Assembly (NCBI RefSeq): GCF_009914755.1
Contig: NC_060942.1
Source: the human T2T-CHM13v2.0 reference genome, Homo sapiens
Reading direction: 5' to 3' (one strand)
DNA length: 64,000 nt
Shown here: positions 1 through 18,004 of the stretch, piece by piece
How positions within the stretch are numbered: position 1 is the first letter of the stretch
How the letters are laid out: each line of letters opens with the position of its first letter
Notes under the pieces: generated by a model
What the model was told of the DNA's origin: nothing
Database searches by the model: none
The model's input: only the letters and a program-made list of their open reading frames with translations
Translations under genes and position numbers: made by a program

Positions 1-31
1 AACTGATCTACCTTCAGAAGGCCTACAAACA

Positions 32-1372
<1,341 letters not shown>

Positions 1373-2649
1373 CAAAAGAAACAAAACGTTTAAAGTTTGG
1401 AAAGAAAAAGGCACCAAGAAAAAAAATAATTCATATAGATAGCTAAACAGACAGATAATATATGGCCCACCCCCGGAAGCTTCTTATTAATTCTGTAATA
1501 TGCTAAATACATAAAGTATAAAACTTTGCTTTTCCACTTTTACTTTCAGAACTCATTTTCGGAAATAATCCTCAGTGTTTTCTCACACAGAAGTTGATCT
1601 TTTCCTATCAACCAAAATGATGAAGTATTATAACTATGCCTTCAAATCAAAGTCTGTAACACAAATAAGACTCCAAATCTACTTCTGCTAGCGTTTCTGA
1701 ATCTTTCCACTTTTAACCTAGACTACAAATAATGTAAAGTTTCACATATTGTTCCACGACCTCAAATCTAGGACCTGTCAGACTTTATTTGCCACAGGAA
1801 AGGTCAGTGAAAGAAAAGATTAGTTCAATACTTCTTTCAGCCCCACGACTGGCACTGTGCTGCCTCTTCTTAAAAAACAATGCCCTTTGTCCCCCAGCGC
1901 CCTTAGTGAGCTAGCCTCATTGTACACTGGGTCCTTAGTATTTTCCTAACAAAGGCACGTCTAATGAGATATGGAGGTTCAGAGGGGATTCCCTCCACTC
2001 CAAGTAGGTGTCAGACTGACGAACGTCTTAGAAAAATATGTCCGGTCTGTGTCCAGTCACCGTTCGGATGCATTGAATAAGCATCTTATTCGTGGCAGCC
2101 TTCTGCATGAATGGCTAGACATCTTGAGGATGCCTGTGTACTACTGTGTGCCAGGCAAGGTGCTCATGTTCAAGGCAAGCCTTAAAAAAAAAATTAGGAT
2201 TTCAATGTACATTTACCAAAGCTCTGGCGAGGTTAGGTGCCTTGTTCAAGGTGTCACAGTTGGAAATGCTGTCCCAGCCAGGTGTGTGAGATCCACAGTC
2301 CCATCAGCTCATCCTGTGGTCACAACCTATTCACGGTTTGCATCAGAAACGTGGGAGGCTGTTCCTGGGTCTTACAAGTTCCCCAGATATCTCTAGAAAA
2401 CGCTAGCCCAGGCTGCCCCACGGGGGGTCCCGCTGCTAAGGAGAAGTGGGCACAGAGGGACCAAGGACCATGGGCTTTCCTCAGCAGGGAGGGAACTGCA
2501 GGGCAGATGTCCATGGTGGTGATGATGAAGATGCCTTCCTTACTATCCTCTATGGCAGGCCCATAACATACCTTCCCTCGCGTAATCTTCTCAACAGCCT
2601 GGTTATTGCAGGTGACAATAACCAAGGCTCTGGGAAATTCCAGCCACTG

Positions 2650-3260
2650 CTCCAAGCCACCCAGCCGACCGATGGGACTTGAACCTGCGCCTCCTGGATC
2701 CGGGCGCCCTCCCCGCGGCCTCCCGAGCCCTGAGTGCTGCCCTCAGCCCTCCCTTCTCCGCGACGCCCCTCGCCCGGTTGCTCGCAGCACCCCCAAGGCC
2801 GCTCCCCGAATCCCCCGGGCGCGAGGGCCCAGGCGCCAGCTGCCCGCTCTGCCCACGCCTTCTCAGGGATCCTGGCCCTGGCGGCCGCCGCGACAGACCC
2901 ACTTACGCGGATCGCGGAGCAGGACGCCCGCGGCGCGCAGGGCCGCAGCCATGTTTGCGCCGAGTGAACGCATTGCCTGGGCAGCCTCGGCCCGAGTCCG
3001 GGCTCCTCCCGCGGCGGCGCGCCCAGGTGTCCGCCCAGCAGTGGCCGAGCCGGGTAGCGATCCCCACGCGCGTCCCCAGCCCCCTGACCTCGCGCCCTCC
3101 CGGCGCGCCCGCTCATTCGCTGCCGGGCCGGGGCGGGCGAGGCCAGGCAGAGACACGCCCCTCGCGGAGAGCCCGCCCCAGCTGGGCGCCGCTCCCTGCG
3201 TGAAAATGGGCCCGGGGGCTGAGCTAGAAGCCCGCTCCCCACCACCATCGCAGGTCACTG
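2650..3260 (-). promoter_or_regulatory. FECH: FECH CpG-island promoter and 5' UTR, with GC boxes and no obvious TATA box
   Basis: Very GC- and CpG-rich segment around the start codon, with GGGGCGGG/CCCGCCCC boxes at ~3130-3180. Boundaries approximate. Confidence 0.9.
2907..2973 (-). CDS. FECH: Ferrochelatase exon 1, coding part (67 nt), start of the mitochondrial presequence; the rest of the gene lies left of the window
   Basis: Translates MRSLGANMAAALRAAGVLLRDP, the human FECH N-terminus. ATG at 2973-2971; donor GTAAGT (plus-strand acttac, 2901-2906). Confidence 0.97.
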
Positions 3261-3332
3261 CAAAACCTGCTGGACTCCTAGTTGCGTGCCCTGTTTGCAT
3301 CTGCCAAACTAGCGAAGTCAGGATCCTCAGCC

Positions 3333-3343
3333 ATGACTCAGCA
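3333..3343 (-). promoter_or_regulatory. NF-E2/NRF2 (MARE/ARE) site upstream of FECH
   Basis: atgactcagca reads TGCTGAGTCAT on the minus strand, a perfect NF-E2/small-MAF consensus, 360 bp upstream of the ATG. Confidence 0.8.
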
Positions 3344-4429
3344 AATAACTTTTTTCGACGTTTCCATTACTATTATTTAGATATAAGGATGCTTTTGCCT
3401 CAGTTCTCCAGTTTGCCTGCCTAGTCACAACACAAGTGTGCAGATCCTGTTTTGTTTTGCTTTATTTTCAGAATAGAAAAAGGGATTATTCAGTTTCTCT
3501 GCACCCTCTCTGTGTAGCAGAATTTGACAGGTGAAACTCACTGAAGAGCATTAGGAAAAGTGAAGGCCAGCCTGGCAAGTGCATTTCTTGGAGGGACGGT
3601 ATGATGAGGTTTGTCTGTATCATATCCGCGCACCTTCCCAGTTTAGCCGCCCGTCCCGCCCCCAAGGTCGCACACTGAGATCACTGGGAGGAACAGGCGC
3701 CCATTTCATTCCTACACCTCCGTCAGCCCACCCTGCCTATATATGTTCAGTGCATTGTGGAGTAGGAAACCAGCCCTTGGTACAGAAAGGTCTCAGGCAT
3801 CGGTATTCATTGAACAAATATTGAGCACCTACTATGTGCACTGGGAAAACAGTAGTGAAAAGAGTAGACGGGGGCTTACATGGGGTTAGGGGAGACACAG
3901 AAAATAATCACAACATGTAATACTTTGAATGATGGAGCCCTTCCACGGCCTCCCCTCTTCTTTTTCCCTCTCAGGACAAAAGAAGAATGAAGCAAGGTAA
4001 AAGAGATGGGGTAGGGTGGGGGAAGGGACTAATGCAATTTGAAGCAGGTGGGTCAGAGTCTCACACATTCGAGCAAAGGCCTTATACACATTTGAGCAAA
4101 GGGGGCAAGCCATATGGAACATTCAGGGAAGATGGAGTCTAGATTCAGCTGAAACCCAGTTTTCTGTAGCTTAAATATGTGCTACTGATGGAATTAGTTT
4201 ATTTCTTATTAAAGTTGGTCCTCCTGATGGTTATAAGCCCAATGCAAAATGTCAAATTAAATGGATAGCCTTTCATATTACCTACATGATCTTCATATCC
4301 AAGCGGATGTCCTGAGAAAAGCACAGTAAAACCTGCTCCAGGTATCAACCCACCTTCCTTATATGTGTGGCTATTCTCTACCCTCATAAAAAAATTATAG
4401 TCTTCTTAAGTTGCCCTGTAAAGAGGTGA

Positions 4430-4702
<273 letters not shown>

Positions 4703-5089
4703 TAGACAAGGCCAGAGAATAAAATGGCCGGGGGGGTTAGACGTCTGAGCTATGAAGGCTCTTCTTGTCCCCTCTGGGAGGCCCTGGAGAAAGTCATCCC
4801 CTCCATCCAGGGTGCTGGGCCCTCCTGCTGGGTAGAGATAAGGGGGCTTCTGGTCCCTCCCAGGCAAACGCTGATGATTAGTGACAAGGCATAAAGGTGC
4901 CAAGTCTCACCAGTACAAAATCAATGGCTGGCGTGGGTTAAATTTCTGTCCAGAAATGATTATGGAACTAGCAAGACATACTTTATTAAATATTTTAATG
5001 AATCAGCATCATTTCATTTCTTTTATTCGCATCTTGCACTTTCATTTTTACTGACTTCTTTTTTTATTTTTTATTTTTTCATTAATTAA

Positions 5090-5284
<195 letters not shown>

Positions 5285-6670
5285 TAAAACCTCCTGGTGC
5301 ACATATTAAGAACTCATGGGTTATAACTGAAAACAGAACTTCATTCTTTTTCCCCAACAGAGAGTACCATAACAATTGTTATTCCTAATCTATGGCTTAT
5401 TTCTTACAAACATTGAATATAACAGCTTTCCAATGAGTAAATTTTTATGTTCTTATGCAGTGAAAGCAGATAAAATGTGCTTTATGTTGGTCCTTTTCAA
5501 AACTGGTAGAAAACACAGTCCTTAATCCAGAAATTGTGAACTCTAAATACAGGCTTACCAGAAAAGCCCTTGAAAGGCTAAAGAAATTTGCGGAACCATA
5601 TGATATACATAATATGAATTTTTTCTGACTTAACATATTTTTAACAAAATGACACACCAATTCCATTAGCAAACAGAAGGCTAAAAAGGCACAGTGTGTG
5701 GGCTAACGGAGATAAGGAGCACCCCAACCAGGAGGGAGAGGGTTTGTCTGGGGCCTGGTGAGTTCATTAGTGAATAAAGCACTCACCTGTCACAGACACC
5801 ACTCTGAGTGCAGCCTGTGATCCTAAATAAAATGAATTTGTTGGTTTCAGCTCAGTGCTTCAGGGAAAGGGGTGGGAAATCTCTTCATTCATTATTTGCC
5901 ATGATTGGCACCTCTGAGCTACACAAACTAAATTTAGATTATTCAACTCTGATTCCTTAATCAGAAAAATAACTGGGGAAGGGAGGAATCAGGAGGCATT
6001 CAGGGCAAGAGAAACAGTGGCTGCATGTAACAAATGGTAAGCTATAATGATTACTCAGAGAAATCTGATCAATTGTCCCTAGAATCATTTTACAACAAAG
6101 AGGCCACCAAATCCAGGCCAACATGCCATGCGTTTTGACTTGCCCCTCTTCACCACGCAGAGCCTTCAGCCCAATGGTGGTGACGGGTTTATTAATCCAT
6201 CTGCCCATATTTCCTGACCATCTACCATGAGCAAAACATTAGGTCATGTAGAGGATAAAAGAGTGAAAAGGAAAACAAACAACATTCTCAAACAGCTCAT
6301 TCGCTTATGAAACAAGCGTATGGGAGACTCCAGTCTATGTCAGGCACATGGCAGGCACTGGGTGTGCAGCAATGAACCGGACAGTCCCTAATTTCACGGA
6401 ACGTACCTTCTAGAAGGCAAGGCAGACAATCGTTTTACAACAAAGATGAAAGACATACAACATATTGTCAGGTATGGCTAGGGACCAGAAGAAAGCTAAA
6501 GGAGGTGGAGGAAGGGAGAGAGGCCGCAACTGCCCAGGTCAGTAGTGCAGTCAGGACCAGCCTCTCTGCAAAGGTGGCATTTCAGCAGTGACCTGAAGGG
6601 AGTGAGGGCGTTGTCCGGGGAAGGGCTTGCAAGCAGAGAGGCCAGCAAGCGCTGGAACACATTTGAGGCT

Positions 6671-7088
6671 TGTATTCATTTCCTAGGGCTGCTGGAACAA
6701 AATACCACAAACCAGGCAGGCAAATGTGTTGTCGTCCAGTTTTGAAGGCTAGAAATGCAAAATCAGGGTGTCAGCAGGGCTGTGCTCCCTCTGAAACCTG
6801 TAAGGGAGAATCCTTCCTTGCCTTTTTTAGCTCATGGCGGTGGCAACAATCCTTGGCGTTCCTCAGCTTGTAGATGCAGCACTCCATCCTCTGCCTCCAC
6901 AGTCACAGCCTGTCTTCTCCTCTTGGAAGGACGCCAGTCATTTTGGATTAAAGGCCTACTCTAATAACCTCATCTTAACCTGACTGCGTCTGCAAAGACC
7001 CTGTTTCCAAATAAGTTCATGTTTACAGGTACCTGGGGGCTAGGATGTCAACATGTCTGTTGGGGGAACACAACTCAGCCCCATAACA
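6671..7088 (-). mobile_element. MLT1 (MaLR) solo LTR, MLT1C-like
   Basis: tgtattcatttcctagggctgc...cagccccataaca; perfect 5-bp TSD aggct. Confidence 0.8.
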
Positions 7089-7388
7089 AGGCTGTCAAAG
7101 AACAGCAGGGAGGCCACATGGCTTGAGTAGGGGGGCGGCGAGAGGTAGGGGAACCAGGGCGGATTGATGTAGAACTTTGTAGGTAATGAAAAACTGTGTC
7201 TTCTGAGTGACCTCCATTCTTCACTTATACTGCATGACTAAATGTGCCCATTGTGGCTGGGTGCCGTGGCTCATGCCTGGAATCCCAGCACTTTGGGAGG
7301 CTGAGGCGGGCAGATCACCTGAGGTCGGGAGTTTGAGGCCAGCCTGAGCAACACAGAGAAACCCGTCTCTACTAAAAATACAAAATTA

Positions 7389-7580
<192 letters not shown>

Positions 7581-9244
7581 TCATTCATACTGGGTGTTTT
7601 TTCCAGGGTTCTCTGCTTCCTGGGTGGTGGAAGGGTCCCTAAGAGGCCTTTCTGATTTGCTTCTTCCAGGACCCAGGGGTCCCACCAGTCTTAGACCAAG
7701 TTTGTGTGAATATCTCAACTTGGTTGTCCTGTTCCCTGCAGTTGTATAAATTCACAGCCAGGGAGTAGGCATTCCCCAGAGCCCTGGGAAGATGGCAGGC
7801 TTCCTTGTGCTTCTCTGGGCTAGAGAGCCAATTTTCTGGATTACTTTTCACAGAAGTGCCGGGCCTCTGCGGCCCTGCTTCATGGAGGGGTCTGGTTCTA
7901 GCTCCACCTTCCTATGGCTGCATGGGCATTCTAGGAGCTGGGCACATGATGTGTTCACTGTGAAAACTCATGGAGTTGCATGCTTATGATGTATGCCTTT
8001 TTCTGTATAAATGTTATACTTTAATGAAACTTTTTTTTTTAAGGGGCCCCTTGGTGCCTTTATCTGGCTGGGCACTGGCTGGGCTCAATTCTCCCTGGAG
8101 CCCCCATTCCTAACCTAACAGCTCTGACTTTGAGATTCTCTCTAGCCCCTCCCCTCCAATTCTGATACCCAGAGATGTTCCTTTCTCACCTAGGATTTTG
8201 AGGGCAAATAGATGTATCTAGTAAATCTGTTTATAATGCGGTAACAAGAGGTGAGCAGAAGTTTCCCTGATAAAAGTGAGAGAGGGTTTCAGGCTAAGAA
8301 GATGAAGGAATGCTTTCCATCGAGGAGGTGTCTGAACTTACAATAAGAGGACTGAGATAGGCTGAATGTGCAGAGACAGCAAGAAGGTGGAAGAGCACAT
8401 GAGAACCAGGAGCAAGACCTTCACTTGGCCATAGCACAGGGTATGGCGAGGACTAGGAGAAAAGGCTGGGGTCCCAGCCCGAATGCACTGAGGGCTTGGC
8501 CCTTCATAGGCCAGCAGAGGCATCAAGAGCCATGACAGTCAGGGAGGTGAGCAGCTGCTGTGGCAGAGAATACTGAGCAAACAGGGTGTGGGTCATAGGA
8601 CGTAATAGGGGCCAGGCAAGGAGACCAAGCTGGACAGAGTGGCCACAGGTGAGGATTGAGGTGTGGAGCAGAGTGGCAATGGAAGTGAAGATGGCAGGGG
8701 AGCAAATGGTATGGAGAAGGCCAGGCCCAGTGGCTCACACCTGTAATCCTAGCACTTTGGAGGCTGAGGCGGGAGGATTACTTGAGCCCAGGAATTTAAG
8801 ACCAGCTTGGGCAACATGGCAAAACCCCATCTCTACAAAAAATACAAAGATTAGCTGGGCATGGTGGTGTGCACCTGTAGTCCCAGCTACTCAGGAGGCT
8901 GAGGCAGGAGGATTGCTTAAGCCAGGGAGGCCAAGGCTGCAATGAGCAGTGATCACGCCACTTGCACTCCAGCCTGAGCAGCAGAGTGGGACCCTGTTTC
9001 AAAAAATATATTTAAAATTTTTTAATTAAAAATTTAATTTTTTTAAAAAAAGATATGGAGAAGTCGAGAGGACAGGCACAGGTTATGGCATCTTAAAGAT
9101 AAGAAGCAGGCTGGAATCAAGTAACTCCAAGGTTTCTGGTCTTCATGAGGCCGAAAAAGAGAAGCACATTAGTTAGCAGCAGAGCTGGTCTGAGACAAAG
9201 CTGGGGGCTCTTTGTCATTGCTGTTCTCATTGTTTTGTTTCTAA

Positions 9245-9533
<289 letters not shown>

Positions 9534-10445
9534 TGATCCACCCGCCTCAGCCTCCCAAAGTGCTGGGATTACAGACATGAACCACACTGTGCCTGGCCAA
9601 ATTTTTTTAAAAAGTTTTAGTGGTCATTGATATAGCAATAGTGATTGAACCTAGCCATTCATTCATCATTTTTTCAGAGCCTGCTATGTGCCTTGCATAG
9701 CCCACCGCTGCCCACAAGCAGCTTATACACCAGCAGAGAAGCAGCTATCTAAACAAAGAGAAATAAAAGGTACAGAGGTCTGTTCTGGGTTCCATACAGC
9801 AGCGGGAGGCAAGGGGCAGGGCTGTCAGGACAGCCCCCAGGCAGAGGCTGCTGGTGCCCCGTATCATTTCCAGGAAGACGGGGCGGCTGCTGGGGGACAG
9901 GCCTTGCAGGTCAGGAGGGCAGCAAGCCCTGTGACAGCAAGATGGGTTCTGCAGCTGCTGGTTGGTCAGTGAGAAGGGACGATCTGAAGGATTTAGCGAG
10001 GTGAGTACTGAGTCCTGGAGGTGGGCAGGGGCCGGCTCACAGGGAGCCTGGTGAGCCAGGGTCAAGGTCTGGGCTGGGTCCTGTATGCCACAGACTAGAG
10101 TAGCTGCAACAAGGAAAGTTAAGACAGGCTTCTGGGTCACACTCACATTTAGCCCGCAGGAAAAGGAGTCACAATAACTGTAATGGCTTCCATTTATTAA
10201 GTGCCAGACATGGAATCGCTGCAACTGGCTTATAAAGAGGAGGTACCACCCTGTTTTACAGATGAGGAAAACAGAGTCACAGAGGTCCCCTGACTTGCCT
10301 GAATCCAGTTAGCAAGGGGCAGAGCCAGTATTTGGACCCAGGTATGTTTGGCTCCCAAGCCAGGGCTGGCTCCATACCTTCAGGGTGCATCTCACAAGAG
10401 AAAAAGGTGACAGAAAGCAGGGGTCAGGCCAGGCATGGTGGCTCA

Positions 10446-10775
<330 letters not shown>

Positions 10776-12277
10776 CTATGGAGTTCTCACCACTCACCCA
10801 GGTGTTCCTGTCACCAATGTCACGGATTTGTTAGAGGCACTGAATTATGAATTCAAATTTGTGCGTGAACCTGAATGCACGAAGGAAATTCTTTTTTAAC
10901 AGACATAGCCAGAGAATAATAGGTATCTACCCATTCCCATAACCCAGTTAAATTTCACTTATAACCTTTCAGAGTTACATACTGCTTTTTTCCCATTTAC
11001 AGAGAATTCATCATTCTCCTTGCTATTTTTTCCTTCCTAATAGCTAATAACGGATCATTTCTTCCCTTTTGTTTATGCCCACTCCCTTTTGATTGGTCTT
11101 CAAATACAGAGTAATGACCTCTGGGTAAAGATGGGGCTTGAACACTAGGGTATAGTTTCACTCTCTCCCAAAAACCACACTGAAATGATGGTAGAGGTTT
11201 TGTTCATGACGGTGGTATTTTTTGTTTTTAAGCACAAACCTAAAAGAATGGGAAAAAAGAAAAAGGGAACCACCATGGAATTTTTAAAGTGGCAGCAGAT
11301 GAATAAATACTTAATGTTTTAGCAGACCTGAGAAAACTGAATCCTAAGCTGGCCATCCGTATTAAACAAAAACCATCCAGATTACACTAGGGGGCTCAGG
11401 ACTGGCAGTCGCAGGTACCACTGGAAGTAGGGATGAAAGGAGATGCTAGAATGAGATGGACGGAAAGTCTGTTAAAGCAGGCTGGGCACGATGGCTCACG
11501 CCTATAATCCTAGCACTTTGGGAGGCTGAGACAGGAGGATCCCTTGAGCCCAGGAGTTTGAGACCAGCCTGGGAAACACAGGGAGACCCTGTCTCAAAAA
11601 ATAAATAAATAAATAAAATCAATAAAATAAAATTAAAAAAAGAGTCTGTTAAAGCAGCAGATTGCCTAGATTCCCACCCTGCAGTGGAGTGACTGCTCCC
11701 CCCAAACCCCTAAAGCTAACTAGATGTTTGGTTCCTGGAGAGGTAACAGAGGGCTATGGACTGCAGATCCCAAGCACAGCTGAGAGCAGGGCCACCACAG
11801 AAAACAGCTTAGTGAACTGTACTAACTGAAGGTGCAGAGACCCAGCCCTCTTCTTTTTCCCTCCACAGGAAACCCAACTAGCCTAAGAAGAAAGACCTAA
11901 CAGACAATGGCATGGGCCTCCCCTGCTAATCCACCTAGGGCAGATAGCCTACAGTAAGGCTCACATCTATTCACATGCTTGGAGCATCCAATGGACATTT
12001 TAATCTCCTATCCTGAATTATCTCTGAATTTTCAGCAGATAACCAAGCAGCACCTGCCATCTCAAGAAAGCCTGTAACAGGAAAGCCAGAGACCAAACAA
12101 AGCAGGAAAAAAAAAAAAAAAAAAAAAAAAAAAGCAACCCAACGTGGAGGAAACTGGAATGATACAGGAAGAAAACTAGAAAACTTAGATAAAAAACTAA
12201 AGACAGAACTTTCTGAAACCGGAATAAGAATTTTTTAAAATATATTTTTACTATGGTTAACAGAAATAAAATACTCA

Positions 12278-12394
<117 letters not shown>

Positions 12395-12743
12395 TCACTT
12401 GAGGTCAGGAGTTCAAGACCAGCCTGACGGACACGGTGAAACCCCATCTCTACTAAAAAATTATGAAAATTAGCTGGGCATGGTGCCATATGCCTGTAAT
12501 CCCAGCTACTTGGGAGGCTGAGGCAGGAGAATTGCTTGAACCCGGAGGCAGAGGTTGCAGTGAGCTGAGATCACGCCATTGCACTGCACTCCAGCCTGGG
12601 CAACAACAGCAAAACTCTGTGTAAAAATAAAATAAAGTAAAATAAAATAAAATAAAAAGATAAGGGCCAGGTGTGGTGGCTCCACTATAATCCCAGCACT
12701 TTGGGAGGCCAAGCTGAGAGGATTGCTTCAAGCCTGGAATTCA

Positions 12744-14500
<1,757 letters not shown>

Positions 14501-14539
14501 TTAGTATAGGGAAAATAAAAAGTTGGGCAGAAAGAGAAA

Positions 14540-15000
14540 ACAACTATTGTGAACTATGCAGCCAACCAAAATTATAATTGAACTAAGTTGGAAATATGGC
14601 GACATGGTTTGAACGTTTGTCCCCTCCAGATCTCATGTTGAAATGCAATCTCCAGTGTTGAAGGGGGTGCCTGGTGGGAGGTGGTGGTCATGGGGAGGAA
14701 TGGCTTGGTGCTCTTCATGAAGTGATACATGAGTTCTTGCACTGAGTTCACAGCAGATATGGTTGCTTAAAGGAGTGTGGCACCTCCCCCATCTCTTGCT
14801 CCCTCTCATCATGGGATATGCTGGCTTCCCCTTTGCCTTCTGTCATGATTGGAAGTTTCCTGAGGCCTCACCAGAAGCAGATAGCAACACCATGCTTCCT
14901 GTACAGTCTGCAGAACGGTAAGCCAAAATAAACCACTTTTCTTTGTAAACTACCCAGCTGCAGGTATTTTTTTATAGCAACCCCAAAACAGCTTAATACA
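14540..15000 (+). mobile_element. MST (MaLR) solo LTR, MSTB-like
   Basis: gacatggtttgaacgtttgtcccctccagatctcatgttgaaat...ttaataca matches the MST/THE1 pattern. Confidence 0.8.
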
Positions 15001-15619
15001 CTTGGGGAGATGAGAAGGGTGAACACGAATGGTGGGGATAGGAAAAGGAAGAAATGAAATCCTTATATGCCAGAGAAGGGCAATAAATAACGCCTAAAAC
15101 TGAAAAATCAATAAAGTAATATAAGCATGTTATTTAGCAATTTGGAGGTAAATACTGAAAAAAAGCTAAAACTTTTGAACACCTTCATTTCTGTAAGTTG
15201 GGGTACTAAGACAAGTTTTATCCAATACAAACTTGATTTTGACTGTAGAAACTAGTCTTTGTCCCACAAACAAAGTTTATCAATATCTCTTCAAAGATGT
15301 TCTTCACCTGATCATCACATTGGTTATGATCCATAAGGCAGAAGGAAACTTTTCAGCATAAGAAACTGAGTCATTAACCAGCAATTTCCAAATACTAGAA
15401 ATTGCAGTATTTGTATATCATGACATCCCTTTTTTCCCAGAAGGGCTGGATGAAATATACTTATTCTATGGCAATTCAAAATTCAAGCTTTGAAGTTTCT
15501 CAGCCCTCAGTGTTCCCATTTCAACTACAGAGATTAATACAAAATCAATAGAGAACCTACAGCAATAATAAGAGAGGCTTAAGGTTGAGTTTAGAAGTAG
15601 GAGGAAGCCACCTGGCGAC

Positions 15620-15775
15620 TGTCAACCTCACTGTGCAACAACCTCCCCTGGGGAGCTTTTAAAAAATACCCTGGTCCCATTTCTGAAATTCAGATTCAAC
15701 TGGCCTGGGGTAAGGCCCAAACACCATTATTTTTAAGGTCCCCAAATGATCCCACTGTGCTGCCAAGATTGCTTT
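15620..15775. mobile_element. MER5-like hAT-Charlie DNA transposon remnant
   Basis: cctggggagcttttaaaaaatac...attcaactggcctggggtaaggccc...ttttaaggtccccaaatgat. Confidence 0.6.
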
Positions 15776-16463
15776 TCACAGAGTTGAACTACTCTACGTA
15801 TTAAGGACAACATTTTTAGGAACCATTACGAGGCAGCAAGGTGGCAGGGGCTGAACGGCAAGGTGGGAAACTGGGTCGCTTGAAATGGCTGAAGGACATT
15901 TAAGAGGGCAAGTTGATATTTAAGCAATTGAATTAGCCTCCTGTTTGTCTCCAAAACTGAGCAGGTCACACAAGTGCCAAAGGTGGAGGGGTTTTTGGTA
16001 TGAAAAGCAGAGAGTTTCAGGGAGGAGAAAGTCACGTGATGGAAGTCCTGAGAGGGCAGGGGTGTTTGTGAGCTAGCCATGGGAATGCGGGATGGCATCT
16101 GTGACACCTGAATTAGGGTAGTAACTACACAGCGAAGGGAGTGAAGTCCACACGCGTGAGGTTTGCTGCTCACCGTGCTCAGTCTCTCGGCCTGAGGTCA
16201 CCACCTTAACTCCCTTATCCATATCCTGGCTCTCCTTTAATATTTTAAAACTTTGACCTGTTTACACCATTAAAATTAAGGCTAACTGAGCCTAACCTCT
16301 TCACTTTAATTCTGATAAAATGAATTGCTTAGTTGAAGTCATCTACAGCTCATTCACACTCTTCCAAGTATTTTTTATTTAAAGATGCAGGCTGAATAGA
16401 TTATAAATGCATCATTTCTTCCTTTGTTTTTTTTTTTTTTTTTGAGACAGTCTCGCTCTATAG

Positions 16464-16604
<141 letters not shown>

Positions 16605-17004
16605 TAGAGATGGGGTTTTACCATGTTGCTCAGGCTGGTCTTGAACTCCTGACTTCAGATGATCTGCCCGCCTCGGTCTCCCAAAGTGGAGGGATTACAG
16701 GTGTGAGCCACTGCACCCAGCCTAAATGCCTCATTTTGACCTGTCATTTCACTTAATTGCAAAACAGGATAAAATCTAATGTGTCCAACAGTAACACAAA
16801 AAAGATTACAAAAAAGATTTAACCATGACCCACATATCTAACGTTAAAAAATCATTCGTTCTCATTACCATATAACGTTAGCAATATCTACTAAATTTAG
16901 TAGTACTTAATTTCACATATATACATCATAAAAAAGATAAAATAATTGCAAAAGCATGAACGAATGTGACAAAGAGATGTTTAGCTTTAAGAAAATTAAG
17001 CCAG

Positions 17005-18004
17005 CAAAGAGTTTTTACGGGTGTTCATTTATTGACTGCTGGGAATACAGCCTATTGAGAATACATGACATGCATTTGGTGGAGAAATCAACTAAATCTG
17101 AAATGAAGCCATTCAGTAAGCCTGCTGTGAGTTAATAAGGTAGCACAGATTAGATCTAAGGACATGGTGGGGGCAACTCAAACAGCCACTCACAATTGTT
17201 ATTAAGATTCCAGCTACAATTTCTTTTGGAACTTATTTATTCTTAATTACTTAGGAATTACCAGGAAAGAGGGAAAATCAATCTGCCTCTTTACCTTAAA
17301 TTAATGCTAAGAGGGATACTGTGAATCACTAAAAAACTCTCCCCAAAATTATGTTCTTACTTCAAATCCTTTAAGGCAATTCTATTTTTACAAATTCTTC
17401 AATTTCTATGCCTCAGGATTATTAGCAGCTAAGCAGAGTTAGAAAAGATTAATAACTGATACAAAAGGCTATTCATTTGATTCTAGTGTTTACTGCTGAA
17501 TTATACTGTGTTCTAATATGAGCAGATTTTTATACGATATTGCCAATTTCTTCCCCCAAGATTTTTGTTTTAATTCATTGATGCAATAAAATAAATCAAA
17601 GAATTCAAGGTACACTTAAAAGGACAGAAAGATAAGTTACTGGAGTATCTTACACCATAATCTAAAATTGTTGAATTATACATACATATAACTTGAATAA
17701 AATGAATAACTTGGATAAAGTGAGTAAAATGCTGAAATGTATCCCTAACTACAGTTTCATGCCAGGTATTTTCCCCGAACTTTGTTTCCCGAACTTAAGA
17801 AAAAAATGGATATTTTTTCTTAAGATGACAACCTTAATATCACTTGATGTTCAGGTGATTTGAGATAGTTTTTATGGTAGTAGAAAGAAAAACAGAAAGA
17901 GAAACCCCAATGAAACAAAAAAAGGAAGATTCTGGCTTTTTGTTTTCTTTTTTAAAGAGCCTGTTCCTTTCATAATCTTTCCTCCACGCTTCTGGAGAAA
18001 ATGG
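17005..18004 (-). other. NARS1: NARS1 3' UTR (~1 kb)
   Basis: Repeat-free AT-rich sequence after the stop codon, ending near an AATAAA. The end coordinate is approximate. Confidence 0.75.
17028..17033 (-). terminator. NARS1: Likely NARS1 polyadenylation signal AATAAA (second candidate at 17236-17241)
   Basis: tttatt on the plus strand, followed on the minus strand by U/GU-rich sequence (ctctttgctggcttaattttc). Confidence 0.7.

Noticed and set aside
1971-2682. ORFs of 78-141 aa in FECH intron 1
   Set aside because: No homology I can recognise, partly MIR/L2-like sequence, and no convincing splice or Kozak support.
2550-3424. Long overlapping ORFs (272, 232 and 174 aa) across the FECH promoter
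   Set aside because: Pro/Arg/Ala/Gly-rich frames expected in a stop-poor CpG island; several begin at non-ATG codons; no recognisable protein family.
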